A stretch of DNA of 64,000 nucleotides from positions 8,060,001-8,124,000 of the forward strand of contig OZ024760.1 of the NCBI GenBank assembly GCA_964016885.1. The letters are read 5' to 3'. Shown here piece by piece: positions 1-14,772 of the stretch. The DNA comes from Eledone cirrhosa. Its lineage: Eukaryota. The notes below the pieces were generated by a model, which was not told the origin of the DNA, made no database searches, and saw only the letters and a list, made by a program, of their open reading frames with translations. The number at the start of each line of letters is the position of its first letter. Position 1 is the first letter of the stretch. The translations under genes were made by a program, and so were the position numbers.

Positions 1-215
1 AAATGGAGATATTTAAAGGACGGGCACGTTTTGTGTGACTACGGCATCGAACCACCGACTACACAGCACCTCCTGATATGCTCCCTGCTGGAACAGCCCT
101 GCACAGTATTGGAATTGGCAGAGTTTAATGAGAAAGGGCAGCAATGTGTTCAGCTGTGACGGAACCACATCTAGCCAAGCTTTATAACTGACACTCTTGT
201 GCACACAACAAGAAG
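1..215 (+). mobile_element. 3' end of a non-LTR retrotransposon ORF (C-terminal zinc-knuckle remnant)
   Basis: Frame +1 reads KWRYLKDGHVLCDYGIEPPTTQHLLICSLL, resembling the KWG..CxCG..QT..HLL.C motif of LINE ORF2 C-termini. Confidence 0.55.
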
Positions 216-599
216 CTTAGTATATCTTACAATAATTATCTCCCCTTCACCATTTAATGTATTTTGTTAAACCAGAAAAAACATGGCGTCTGATGACTTT
301 TTTCGGTCCTTTTAAAAACCAATTAAATATTTTATTTCGGATATTTTTCTGTTAGAACAAACCTTCTTATAATTTTGTTGATACCTACAGCTTAAAGTGA
401 GTTATATATTTTGTAGTAACTTATTATTGAAATATGTTTTTTCTACTCTGAAAAGGTTCTCAATAATTTTTTAGCCCCCCCCCCCCCTCTCACGACCACG
501 TAATACCCTCAGCGCCCCCACCCCTATTTCCAGAGAGACCTGCAAATTTTAAATAATATATAATGAATGAAACCGTTAATTTATATATAATAAATAATA

Positions 600-778
600 T
601 AATTGTTTCTACGTTAGGCACAAGGCCAGCAATAATTACCCAGTGTATTACTGGTACTTTATTTTATCGACCCCGTAAGGATGAACGGCAAAGTTAACCT
701 CGGCGGGATTTGAACTCAGAATGGCAAGGGCCGTAACTCTATGCGTCAAAGCATGGCGTCCGACCATCTACCGATACA
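600..778 (-). mobile_element. tRNA-derived SINE; other copies at 10447-10620, 10797-10975, 15384-15930 (cluster), 27997-28490, 37262-37452 (+) and 13230-13390, 19595-19700, 57660-57845, 61500-61610 (-)
   Basis: Shared A-box-like tggcagtatcggtag, B-box gagttcaaatccc and body gccgaggttaactttgcctttcatccttacggggtcgataaaataaagtaccag. Confidence 0.85.
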
Positions 779-1312
779 TATACTATGTGTAAATAAATAT
801 TATATATTTTACTATATCTTCTTCGTCTTCTTCTTCACCCACTTATTCCTGAGAGGGTCGTGGGGGTAGAGTCCTCAAACACTCCCTCCAGTGGGTCCTG
901 TCAGAAGTAAACATCTCCATCTGGTCCGGCTGGATCTCCAATTGTGACCAGTCAAGTAGATGGGAGCTAGTTTAGTGTTTCTGAAGAGAACGGCCGGTTG
1001 AACAGGAACTTCGAGACTGGTAATAAGTAGTAACCTAACCACTACCATGCTGGTCGATACATCGATCTCCACCGTTCAATCGACCCTTTGAAACGATCGT
1101 AAAACAATGCACTAACTCTCTATCTACACCTGACTTCTGTTTTTATCGTTCAAACGCATCTATATGTAAATGACTCTGCAGCCCGGATTGATTTTCTTCG
1201 AGGATACTTTAGGTCGTGACCACCTACTGTCGCAACTATTCTTCTTAGGATACATTGAGTTCTAACAATGTTATCAGCCCCACCACAACGAGGTGGACTC
1301 CGATACACGCAT

Positions 1313-1345
<33 letters not shown>

Positions 1346-1383
1346 CGATATTAACATATGGAAACTATTTATAAAACCATATT

Positions 1384-1448
1384 TATTTTATTATACATAT
1401 TTCAAGGACACCACGTTAAATTATGGTGTGCTTTCATCAGACAAAATA
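1384..1448 (-). ncRNA. Type I hammerhead ribozyme, family A
   Basis: Reverse complement of 1543-1607. Confidence 0.75.
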
Positions 1449-1542
1449 CAATATAGATCAGTTTTATAAATAAATATTGACATACCCTTAAACAATTTTT
1501 TAAGAGTATGCCAATATTTATTTATAAAACTGATCTATATTG

Positions 1543-1607
1543 TATTTTGTCTGATGAAAGCACACCATAATTTAACGTGGTGTCCTTGAAATATGTATAA
1601 TAAAATA
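1543..1607 (+). ncRNA. Type I hammerhead ribozyme, family A
   Basis: tattttgt CTGATGA aagcacaccat..gtggtgtcctt GAAA tatgta TA ataaaata. Confidence 0.75.
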
Positions 1608-1769
1608 AATATGGTTTTATAAATATAGTTTCCATTTGTTAATATCGTATATTTACTCCAAATACTTGTTGAGTGCTTTATATCAGTTATAAAAATATTT
1701 GCTTGTTGTATCCCAACAATTTAAATAGAACTTTTGCATATATATATATTTATATATTTATATATTTAT

Positions 1770-2298
1770 ATATTCTTTTACTCTCTTGCCTGTTCCAGCC
1801 ATCCAGCTGAAGCCATGCTGGGGCACCGCCCTTGTTACTACATGTTCTATCTCCAGCCTATGTTGGCTGGCCATTGGTGTAAGAGGGAGTTCGTTGTTGC
1901 CACTGCCCTTAGGTGACCTTCGGACTGTGGGCTCATCCGCGATCCTGGATAGCAGAGTGTCAAGATGTTTCTTCATAACATCCACGTCCACATCTTGCAG
2001 ATCTCTCAAATTTCTTGGCAGCTTTTTGAAGAGTTGAGGGCCTTTGAACCCCAGGCTATTGCAATATCTGCTCCTTATTGTAGATTTGAAAGACAGGACC
2101 TTTGGCACGACACAGTGACGTCCTGTTCAGGGGTTGGTCGAGTTCTCAATGCCAAAGTCTGCTGCTAGTTCCTCCAGGATTTTCCATATGTATATCACTG
2201 CGTATCTCTCCCGTCTTCGTTTCAAGGAGTAGAATTTCAGTTCTTTTAGCCTCTCCCAGTAGCTCATCTCCTTCATCATGGAAACCTCTTGGTGTAGC
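1770..2298 (-). mobile_element. 5'-truncated LINE (CR1/L2-like ORF2 C-terminus) with SINE-like 3' tail
   Basis: SYWERLKELKFYSLKRRRERYAVIYIWKIL...SLGFKGPQLFKKLPRNLR. An internal stop interrupts the frame. Confidence 0.75.
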
Positions 2299-2429
2299 TT
2301 CTCTCTCTCTCTCTCTCTCTGCCTCTCTCTCTTGAGATGTGTGTTCGTTATGTCAGTCGTCACAGAAATGTATGTATACTCGCACGCACATACACTCTTA
2401 CATACACTCACACACATATGTATATGTAG

Positions 2430-2469
<40 letters not shown>

Positions 2470-2639
2470 AAATCTCTGTGTATCGGATTAAATATTTACG
2501 TGACGATAATGTGTATGCAATTTACTAAGGCCTAACGTACGTAACAAACGCGCAAACAGACACAGCCACAGACACATACACACTCATATACAAAATGTGA
2601 CGTCGTCGTCGTGTGATAAAATGTCGTTTACTAGAGTTG

Positions 2640-2949
2640 ACTATAGAAAGATTATTTTAGATAAAATGTTATATTGTTTTAATTCAAATGAAAATAAAAA
2701 TTACATGATGACACTCCCGGGATCTAATACAATTACTTTGAAAAAAATTTGATTTGGTCGAGCTGTTTGAGAATGCATAAGGAAACAGAGAGACAGAATT
2801 ATTTTCACCAAAACACGTAACAATAGTCACATCACATTTTTAAGTCGCTATCTCCACCTCCACCTCATTCCCCGCGGTTTCCGCCTCAAGTTTCACCCCA
2901 CCTGAATATGAACAGCAGTAACGCGGACAACACCGGGTAATTCAGCTAG
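2640..2949 (+). mobile_element. Helitron 3' portion, same family as 5200-5350
   Basis: gaacagcagtaacgcggacaacaccgggtaattcagCTAG|T. 5' boundary uncertain. Confidence 0.55.
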
Positions 2950-2974
2950 TATATATATGTATATATATATATAT

Positions 2975-3170
2975 CATAGGAAAAGGCATGTCCCCGACGG
3001 CAGAGCTCAAGCCGTTTCGACGGCTATTTCTAGAAATAGCCGTCGAAACGGCTTGAGCTCTGCCGTCGGGGTTATACTTTTTCTTATTACCCACTCTACT
3101 ACCCTAAGTATTGAGTACTCTGGTGCGTTATGGTTTATCTGTTTCCTTACCACAATTCCTTGGTTTTATA
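2975..3170 (+). mobile_element. Family F repeat end with fold-back half-hammerhead; further copies at 9075-9141, 11836-12030, 37955-38080, 43842-43976, 46940-47180
   Basis: GAAA cggcttgagctctgccg TC gggg (stem III plus GUC) duplicated in inverted orientation around a stem-II-like hairpin. CUGANGA is absent. Confidence 0.55.
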
Positions 3171-3209
3171 TATATAATATATATATATATATATTATATA
3201 TATATAATA

Positions 3210-3697
3210 TCGGTGTGGAAGTCGGACCTTCGTAGAGACCTGAAAATCCGCCTCTTCATTGCTGTAGTGGAGTCTGTGCTGCTGTATGGGTCTGAGACTT
3301 GGACACTGACCAAGAGACTCACTCAGATGGTGGATGGGTGCTACACGAGAATGCTGAGGATGGCTCTGAACATTAATCAGTATACACTGAGGATGAAATA
3401 CTCAGAGCTGTATGGGAGCATCCCAAAAGTCAGCTGAAAAGTGACACAGAGGAGACTGAGGTTGGCTGGACATGCTCACCGACATCCAGAGTTGACATTG
3501 CACTCAGTGCTCCTTTGGGAGCCCCTACATGGACACACTAGAAGAGGAAGACCAAGGTTAACATATGTTGATGCCCTAAGGACAGACACTGGTCTGTTGG
3601 AGATGCAGGATATGGCAGCGATAATGAGGGACAGAGACCGCTGGAGAGAACTCGTCCATGGATCTCGGGAATTTTACCCGCCTTAGATAGATAGATA
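3210..3697 (+). mobile_element. 5'-truncated RTE-clade LINE (ORF2 C-terminus)
   Basis: KIRLFIAVVESVLLYGSETWTLT..RRLRLAGHAHRH..RGRPRLTY..DRDRWR. One internal stop; (GATA)n tail. Confidence 0.85.
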
Positions 3698-3859
3698 TAT
3701 ATATAATATGAATTTATATCCTGATTCTCTTTTGAGATGAGTTTGAGTTATTTTTCCTAAATCTTTCGTTAACTACTTTTCCCATCTTGACGTTATAGTC
3801 GCATATATGTTATAGAATGCCGTTAGCTTCTTGCTAAAACAATCTCTATACCTCTCATT

Positions 3860-5198
<1,339 letters not shown>

Positions 5199-5199
5199 A

Positions 5200-5350
5200 A
5201 TTCTATTATCATTACAATTTTGATATTTTTTTAATGAAATATAGATATTTTGAATAATTGTGAGAAAAAAAAACCATATCTTTATATCTATTGTTTACTA
5301 TTCTGAATAAGAACAGCAGTAACCCGGGCAACGCCGGGTAGTTCAGCTAG
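5200..5350 (+). mobile_element. Helitron 3' end (short non-autonomous copy)
   Basis: cccgggcaacgccggg hairpin followed by tagttcagCTAG|T. 5' boundary approximate. Confidence 0.65.
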
Positions 5351-5626
5351 TATATATATAAGAACACACAGACAGACATATATGTATACAACATTACTAT
5401 GTCAGCAAAAGTAAGAGTAAACAAGAACAAGATAACGACGATATACTAACACGAGTGTTTGTAATATTAGAGATACTGTATATATATATTGGTGTGCGCG
5501 CGCACGCACACACAAACACGCACACACACAATATATATATATATTAAACACACGCACACATATATATAGTGTATATATTGGTGTAATCTATACTTATATA
5601 TATGTATGTATATATTTGCATATATA

Positions 5627-5654
<28 letters not shown>

Positions 5655-5665
<11 letters not shown>

Positions 5666-5724
5666 TGCCCCCTCGTTATCGAGTATGGCCATTGCACAAT
5701 AAAAAAAAAAAAAAAAAAAAAAAA

Positions 5725-5761
<37 letters not shown>

Positions 5762-5840
5762 GCAATAATAATAATAACGACAACAACAATAATAATATAC
5801 ATATTCATATATATATACACACACACGCACGCACATAAGC

Positions 5841-5878
<38 letters not shown>

Positions 5879-6397
5879 GATAGCAACTAACAGTGCTGCG
5901 ATCGAATGTGGCTTTTTAGCCCAGCCAATGATCCAAAATGTCTTGCACAGAGTCGGCAACCAAAACATTTACTGGGAATAGTCGGCTGTGGTTGGAGTTC
6001 GTGTACTTTTGCATGTCGCTTGAGTCCTCCTGCTGATTTACATTCTCTACCACATGTTTGGCAAGCATGATGAGTAGCATCTCCAACAGCAGCCTGGTAG
6101 TCAACCACTGGTCTTACTTTATGACTGCGAAGATGACTTTCGAGTCCAGCTTTGCTTAGGCAGAGTCTCGCACAGACGCTGCATGTCAGAAACATAGGAG
6201 GACCCTCGCCGTCTGGAAGTGCAACAGCAATACCCTTCCTCACGTCCCGCTTTACTTTCTCGTGTGCGATTCGAGATGCCTCAAAGGCAACTTTTCCCTC
6301 ATATACAGTCTTTCTCCATTTATTACGATCAGCAGCAATATTTTCCCATGTATCAGCAGAGATGTTAGCGTCTTTCAGAGAGGCCTTCAAGGAATCT
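5655..6397 (-). mobile_element. RTE/BovB-like LINE 3' end with three C2H2 zinc fingers; 3' UTR interrupted by microsatellites
   Basis: [20 protein letters not shown], then CSVC..HLRSH, CQTC..HAKVH and CRLC..HIRSQH. Confidence 0.8.
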
Positions 6398-6467
6398 GCC
6401 ACCACCACCACCACCGCCACCGCCGTCGCCATCACCATCACCAGCGACCTGGCCTTAAGAACAACTT

Positions 6468-6503
<36 letters not shown>

Positions 6504-6543
6504 TATATGTGTATGTATGTATATATATATATGTGTATATCTA

Positions 6544-6615
<72 letters not shown>

Positions 6616-6700
6616 CATATATATATATATGTGATTTTTCATGTTTATATTTATTTATATATATGTTGATCAATTCCTAGTTATTATATTTGCATATATT

Positions 6701-6732
<32 letters not shown>

Positions 6733-6770
6733 TATATGTGTATGTATGTATATATATATGTGTAAATCTA

Positions 6771-6876
<106 letters not shown>

Positions 6877-8270
6877 TAAAGGGTGGAGGAATTCAGAAGA
6901 GTCAGCAGCCATCCAATAAATATTTTGGGGGGGGGGGGGGGGAGAACGAGAGACTCTTAGTCTTCATTGAGACATCTCTTTAGGAGAAGGTCACTCTGTA
7001 ACTTCGTTTGCATCCTATGATGTAGACCAGTTCTTCTTTGTTGGGCAAATGCATTCATTGTTGAGCGAGTGGGATTAGCCCCGTGCAAAGCATTTCCTCA
7101 CTTAAAAAAAGCTTCAAACGCAGGCATCGCTTGATATGTAACATTTTCTCTGACGCATGGTATTGCTGGCCACAGGCAAGCCCCTAGCAGGACTAAAAAG
7201 CCACGTCCGTGATGCTCATCTTTATGTATCAAGCGATGGCATTACTTGAAATCTAATTGCAGCCATCATATGTATGTATGTCTCATGGTCGGATCGTTGG
7301 CGACTAAACTGGCAACCCCACCAAGGTTTCTTGGTGAGGGTGACTTTAGACATCCTGCAGGACTAAAAACAAAACCTGTCAAAGGGCAAAAAGGGCAAGG
7401 GAGCTCTTAAGAGTCAATGGCCATCCAAAATCACCGGGAGAGAAGACCCCTTACCCTTTGTCTAGGCAGAATTCTAGGAGAAGGAAAACTCTGATATAAC
7501 ACCTGCAACCCCTGATGGTATCCAATGATGTTGACTTGTTCTTCTTTTTGGTAAATATCATCTTTGTTAAGAGAGTGGGACTGGCTTTGTGCAGTGCCTT
7601 TGCTCACTATAAAAGCTTCACGGCACAGGCATTGCTTTATATCTGGAGATCGCTCTGCACTTGTTGTCACATGGTACCATGGGCCCAGCACTATGTGTCA
7701 GTAATTGTCACAAGTGTAGTGTTTGTGCCAGAGTGCATCGGTAGGGGTTCTCCTACATGGATATAAAGTGGTTGCCGTACTCGAAAACGAGTTGGCAGCC
7801 ACCATGTATGTATGTATATAAATATATATATGTCTATATATTTGTATGTGTGTATATAAATTACATGTATTATATATATATTATACATCATCGTCAACAT
7901 CGTTTTAACGTCTGCTTCCTTTTAGTATATATATATATATATATATACGTGTGCGTATGTATGTGTGTGCGTTCCATAACATATATGTGTTTTTATCAAT
8001 GTCTAGCCCCTTGAAGCGATTCCTGAGTACAAAACGTGAATTCTTTTACCAACTCCGTAAAAGTATTATAATAATAATAAATAAATTAAATATTTTAAAT
8101 TTAACAAATGTTATTTTTAACATTTTATAATTGTGGGAATCATGTAATATACACTTAAGTGGGGAAAGGGTACAAGGGGGCCAACAAGAGCATAATGCCT
8201 TAAGTGTACGTACATACATATATGTATATATAGACACACACACACATATATATATACATATATATACATA

Positions 8271-8306
<36 letters not shown>

Positions 8307-8460
8307 CATATATATATGTATATATAGACATACACATATATACATATATATACATAAATATATACATATATATACATATATATATATACATATATATATA
8401 CATATGTATATACATATATATAAATATATATACATATATATATGCATATATATACATATA

Positions 8461-8498
<38 letters not shown>

Positions 8499-8577
8499 TA
8501 TATATACATATATATATATATGCATACATATATATACATATATATATATACATATATATATATACATATATATATAC

Positions 8578-8608
<31 letters not shown>

Positions 8609-8658
8609 CATATATATATATATACATATATATATATACACATATATATACATATACT

Positions 8659-8690
<32 letters not shown>

Positions 8691-8801
8691 TATATATACA
8701 TATATATATATATGCATACATATATATACATATATATATATACATATATATATATACATATATATATACATATACATATATATATACATATATATATACA
8801 T

Positions 8802-8854
<53 letters not shown>

Positions 8855-8960
8855 TTATATATATGCATATATATGCATATATATGTACATATATATACAT
8901 ATACACACACAGATATATATATATAATACATATATATTACACACACACACACATACACAC

Positions 8961-9064
<104 letters not shown>

Positions 9065-9141
9065 CATAACAGATAGGGTGTGGTAAAAAAGCAGGTGGAC
9101 CATAATCCATCAGAGTACTCAATACTTAGGGTAGTAGAGTG

Positions 9142-9341
9142 NNNNNNNNNNNNNNNNNNNNNNNNNNNNNNNNNNNNNNNNNNNNNNNNNNNNNNNNNNN
9201 NNNNNNNNNNNNNNNNNNNNNNNNNNNNNNNNNNNNNNNNNNNNNNNNNNNNNNNNNNNNNNNNNNNNNNNNNNNNNNNNNNNNNNNNNNNNNNNNNNNN
9301 NNNNNNNNNNNNNNNNNNNNNNNNNNNNNNNNNNNNNNNNN
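9142..9341. other. Assembly gap (200 N)
   Basis: Run of n. Confidence 1.
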
Positions 9342-9547
9342 ATATATGATATAGTATGTATGTAGTATATACATATATAAATATATATATGTATATATAT
9401 ATTTATATATACATGACGAAAGAGCTTTGACAATATATAAACAACATCCGGTTATTGAACCAAACAACCGGAAATGTATAATAAATTGAAGTGAAAACCA
9501 ACAGTAATTGTGCTTTTATTGACTGCATGACCCTCCCCAAGTATAAC

Positions 9548-9588
<41 letters not shown>

Positions 9589-9734
9589 TTGCAACATTAA
9601 AAAATATTTCGAATCTTACTTCTTTTTTCATTGAAATATATAAATATATGTGAATATAGACATAGAATATTCGAAAATATTCTGTATGTTTATAATAAAC
9701 ATTTGAAGACCTAATCGCTATAGTTGGAAAAGAG

Positions 9735-9770
9735 TCTTTATATTTCGGACACTAGTCCTTCATCAGAAGA
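9735..9770 (-). ncRNA. Minimal type I hammerhead ribozyme, family C
   Basis: tctt CTGATGA a ggac-tagt-gtcc GAAA ta TA aaga. Confidence 0.7.
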
Positions 9771-9830
9771 TGGAACCTGATATAAAAGATGTATTAGAAA
9801 ATAGAGGAGAGTGAGAAAAGGAGGGAACAG

Positions 9831-9881
<51 letters not shown>

Positions 9882-10079
9882 TTTAGAGAAAAATTACGTG
9901 TCATTTTATTCAGCCATTTTATATAGAAATGACCTATACAGGACTAGAACTGTTTCATTTGTATGAAATAAAACAAAACAAAACAAAACAAAAAAATAGT
10001 AATAAAAATATAAAAAAACGCCGTACAATCTTTATATTCTAAACGTTTCGATTTCGTGATATCGTCGTTTTTTTTTTTT

Positions 10080-10369
10080 TCAGTGATTGTAACAGAATGT
10101 GTTTTTGAACTGGGCTACTATAACGTTTGAAATGAACTTATTGAGCGTGTCCGAATCTGGGAGCCGAATGTAGTGGTCTTCTACGGATTGTGATGCCAAA
10201 CTAGAGAAGCAAACTATCTGGGTAGAATCCGGTTCGGGTCCGATGAGAAGAACGTAGACGTCCGAATGCTCTTTGATAAGCACTGCCTCACCCAAAGTAT
10301 TTTCGTCACAGTAATTCCAGGAACTTAAAACTAACAGCACCGCACTCCGCCAGTATTTCTTTTTTCTCA
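10080..10369 (-). CDS. Coding exon 3 (terminal): C-terminal half of VWA domain
   Basis: Polypyrimidine acceptor tctacttttag|TG, phase 1 matching exon 2. WRSAVLLVLSS..DVYVLLIG..LASQSVEDHYIRLPDSDTLNKFI follows the VWA beta-D/E/F pattern. Stop TGA at 10082-10080. Confidence 0.8.
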
Positions 10370-11321
10370 CTAAAAGTAGAAATAGAAAAAAGAAAATATA
10401 GAATTATTATTGCCATAATTATTTTCATTACCATTATTATTATTATAGTATCGGTAGAGGTTCGGACGCCATGCTTTCCAGCATAGTTACGTCCCTTTAG
10501 GATTTGAGTTCAAATCCCGCCGAGGTTAAACTTTGCCTTTCATCCTTACGAGGTCGATAAAATAAAGTACCAGTAATGTACTGGGTAATCGCTGGCCTTG
10601 TGCCTAAAGTAGAAACAATTATTATTATTATTATTATCATTATTATTATTAGGTTAACTTTGCCTTTCGTCCTTACGGGGTCGATAAAATAAAGTACCAG
10701 TAACGCACTGGGGTCGATTTAATCGATTTTCCCTTCTCCACAAAAAATTGTTGGCGTTGTACCTTCTACCTAAATCAGAAACAATTATTATTAATATTGG
10801 CAGTATCGGTAGAGGGTCGGACGCCATGCTTTCCAGTATAGTTACGTCCCTTTACGATCTGAGTTCAAATCCCGCCGAGGTTGACTTTGCCTTTCATCCT
10901 TACGGGGTCGATAAAATAAAGTACCAGTAATGCACTGAGTATTTGCTGGCCTTGTGCCTAAAGTAGAAACAATTGTTATTAGTAAAAGGAAAGGCAGGGT
11001 TTGAGAAGGAGTTGCTTCCCTCTAGTTAATTTATCATAAAGGTGGGTGAAAATAGCGAAAATAGCAGAGTGACAGTAGTAGTTGAGAGAGGGTACACTCC
11101 CTAAAGGGGTCAGAGTGTTATGTACCTGTCGAGGGGTTCCTTATTTAGCCTTAAGTATTCGGCTGTCTGTACAAGGAGGGGGTGTATACCTTTATATAAT
11201 TATATACTATGTGTACCTACATATATGGTTTTAAATGGCAATTGAGAGAGGGTTCCTTGATTAGCCTTAACACCCCCAGGGTGGGGGTATTGTATACCTT
11301 TATATAATTATATACTATTTG

Positions 11322-11560
11322 TGAAGGCGCATGGCTGAATGGTTAGAGAATTGGATTCACAATCGGGATGTTGTGAGTTTGATTCCCGGACGGGGCAATG
11401 CGTTATGTCCTTCAGAAAGACACTTTATTTCACGTTGCTACTGGATTTGCGACCGACAGATAGTATTAGCAATTGGAAAGACCAAGGGAAACATTGTTTC
11501 CTCGGTTCGATTTGACGAGCTCCACTCCACTCGTTAAGCAAATGAGGTCTGGGATCTTGT
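11322..11560 (+). mobile_element. Second tRNA-SINE family (CORE-like); reverse copy at 38650-38935
   Basis: tggctgaatggttagag..gagtttgattccc..tgtccttcagaaagacactttatttcacgttgct. Confidence 0.7.
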
Positions 11561-11796
11561 CGATCGACTGTCGATACTATATTTTGGGTCTAAACCCTCC
11601 GACATCCAGTTTCTCATTATAGTCTTCTGAAGAAGGGTTTTCGACCCAAAATATTAGGATAGGTAAATAAATAAATAGGTGACATACCAACATTTTTGTT
11701 GCCTTCGATTTATTTTGAAATCTACCGTCCATTTTGCATTGTTGTAGCCTTCAAATAACATACGACTTTATATATAAATATTTTATCTACTCCCAG

Positions 11797-11839
<43 letters not shown>

Positions 11840-12122
11840 AACCAGTAAGACCCCGACAGCTGAGCTCAAGCCGTTTCGACGGCTAATTCTGGACTGAATT
11901 AGCCGTCGAAACGGCTTGAGCTCAGCTGTCGGGGTCTTACTGGTTCCTATTACCCACTCTACTACCTCAAGTATTGAGTACTTTGGTGCGTTATGGTCCA
12001 CCTGGTTCCTTACCACATTTCCTTCGTTATATATATATATATATAGTTGAAAATGAACAAACAAAACAGGAGGCAATTTTACACAGATATATTAGGTACA
12101 CGCTTGGTGAAAGTGGAGGAGG

Positions 12123-12158
12123 TTTCGACGTTTCGAATAGAAGTCCTTCATCAGGATT
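12123..12158 (-). ncRNA. Minimal hammerhead motif, weak stems
   Basis: tc CTGATGA a ggacttctattc GAAA cg TC ga. Core intact; stems I and II short. Confidence 0.5.
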
Positions 12159-12869
12159 GTGCAGATAAGGGGAGAGAAAATGCCGATGCGAAAAACGTAG
12201 AGTAGTAAATAAAATACATATAAAACCATAAACTCGGAGTATATGTATATATATATATATATATATATAAATATATATAACTATAAACTAAAAGTATATA
12301 TATATATATATATATATATATACTTTTAGTTTATAGTTATATATATTTTATTATCTTCACCAAGTTTTTCACATCAGTATTTTCCTTCCTGTTGGAGATT
12401 TAGTCTCAGCCATTTCCTTCCTTGTCTCCCCACAGACGTGGCCGAAGGTATTTCCTCTTCTGAAAACCACAGACATGGCTATTTAAAGTTTTCTTGTTTA
12501 TCAAAATCTCTCGTTATTAAATATATCCTTTCCCTTATTTTATTATTATTATTATTATTTTTTTTTTTTTTATTATTTTTTTTTTTTGTCTCATTTTGTC
12601 TCTTATTTTTATTTTGAATTTTTTAAAATTTCATTTTGGTTTTATCTTAATCATGTGAGGCGGCGAATTGACAGAGTTGCTAGGGCAGTTGATAGAATAT
12701 TTTGTGGCATTTGTTCTGGTTCTCAGCTTTCTGAGTTCAAATCTCTCCGAAGTCAACTTTTCCTTTCAACCATTCAAACTTGATAAAAAAAAAAAAAAGT
12801 ACTAGTCTGGTAAAATTGTACAAAAGAATACATCTCCTTGTGGAAACTGTACTAAAAGGACTAGAAACA

Positions 12870-12936
<67 letters not shown>

Positions 12937-13105
12937 TGTCTGTCTGTCTGTCTGTATGCATCTATGCGTGTAGTCGTAGGGGTGCTATCGTAACATATTT
13001 CAATGTTTTAAACCTGGCGGAGCATGTCTGAACAAAATCTGAACAGAGTCAATTTCTTCCAGAGAGAGAGAAACGGGGTGAAAGATGGAAAACTATGAGG
13101 TGAGA

Positions 13106-13185
<80 letters not shown>

Positions 13186-13689
13186 GAGATTGATAGGGAG
13201 GAAGTGAGAATAGATATAAAGAGGAAGAATCAACCCCAGTACTAGACTGGTACTTTCATTTTTGTATCGATCTCAAAAGAATGGAAGGTAAAATTTACGT
13301 CGGCGGAATTTTAACTCAGAAATCAGAGAACTCGAACAAATACCGCCAAGTATTCTGACATTCTAACGACTCTGCCACTTCTCTGCCTTCAGAATGGACA
13401 ACCACAAAGTGACCGGTTGCAACATATATATCTATAACTTTATGTATATGTAAACCTTTATATTTAATAATCTCCCGTTAGGTTGAGATACAATTTGGCG
13501 ATATTTGGCTGCGCTTTCTAGCAATAAGCCTACCCAAGTATTCTGACATTCTAACGACTCTGCCACTTCTCTGCCTTCAGAATGGATAACTATGAAGACT
13601 AGAATAGATATTTGAAGAGATAAATATTTTAATCTTACAATGACTATTATTGTCAACAGTTGGCAGCTGACGACCTAACCTTATTTTCG

Positions 13690-14520
13690 TTAGTGGTGAT
13701 GGTGGTAGCATGATATTGTGGTGGTGCTGGTGGTAGTATTATGTGGTGTTTGTAGTGGTGGTGTTGGTGTTGGTGTTGGTAGCATGATATTGTGGTGGTG
13801 CTGGTGGTAGTGTTATGTGGTGTTTGTAGTGGTGGTGTTGGTGGTGGTGTTGGTGGTATCATGATATGGTGGTGGTGGTGGTGGTAGTGTGATGTGGTGT
13901 TTGTAGTGGTGGTGTTGGTGGTGGTGGTAGCATGATATTGTGGTGGTGCTGGTGGTAGTGTGATGTGGTGTTTGTAGTGGTGGTGTTGGTGGTAGTGTTG
14001 GTGGTAGCATGATATTGTGGTGGTGCTGGTGGTAGCGTGATGTGGTGTTTGTAGTGGTGGTGTTGGTGGTGGTGTTGTTGGTGGTGGTAGCATGGTATGG
14101 TGGTGGTGCTGGTGGTAGTGTGATGTGGTGTTTGTAGTGGTGGTGTTGGTAGCATGATATTGTGGTGGTGCTGGTGGTAGTGTTATGTGGTGTTTGTAGT
14201 GGTGGTGTTGGTGGTGGTGGTAGCATGATATTGTGGTGGTGCTGGTGGTAGTGTGATGTGGTGTTTGTAGTGGTGGTGTTGGTGGTGGTGGTAGCATGAT
14301 ATTGTGGTGGTGCTGGTGGTAGTGTGATGTGGTGTTTGTAGTGGTGGTGTTGGTGGTGGTGGTAGCATGATATTGTGGTGGTGCTGGTGGTAGTGCGATG
14401 TGGTGTTTGTAGTGGTGGTGTTGGTAGCATGATATTGTGGTGGTGCTGGTGGTAGTGTGATGTGGTGTTTGTAGTAGCATGTGTTGGTGGTAGCATGATA
14501 TTGTGGTGGTGCTGGTGGTA
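13690..14520. repeat. (GGT)-based minisatellite, ~54-72-bp units
   Basis: agcatgatattgtggtggtgctggtggtagtgtgatgtggtgtttgtagtggtggtgttgg repeated about 13 times. Confidence 0.9.
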
Positions 14521-14551
14521 ACCATCTTATTGGGAGACATTGTAAACTATA

Positions 14552-14617
<66 letters not shown>

Positions 14618-14720
14618 TTTATATATATATATATATATATGTATATGTGTGCAAACAATACAAACAGACACCGACACATATATGTTTATGCATGTAAAGA
14701 CATGTATGCGTGTGTATATA

Positions 14721-14772
<52 letters not shown>

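Larger units (their letters stand above)
1343..1650. mobile_element. Fold-back Penelope-like pseudo-LTR remnant (family A) with one HHR per arm
   Basis: Near-perfect inverted repeat with ~150-bp arms centred near 1495. Related copies at 35.2-35.6 kb, 44.0-44.2 kb and 47.2-47.4 kb. Confidence 0.7.

Noticed and set aside
5887-6498. Host C2H2 zinc-finger gene
   Set aside because: The fingers follow an RTE ORF2 C-terminal motif and share a 3' tail with dispersed retroposons. The ORF start lies in a microsatellite.
10797-10880. tRNA genes
   Set aside because: A/B-box heads continue into a common SINE body and do not form a cloverleaf.
13653-14677. Mucin/extensin-like P/T/H ORFs (also 40354-41341 and 52996-53780)
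   Set aside because: Minisatellites or trinucleotide tracts open in multiple frames, without credible splice sites.
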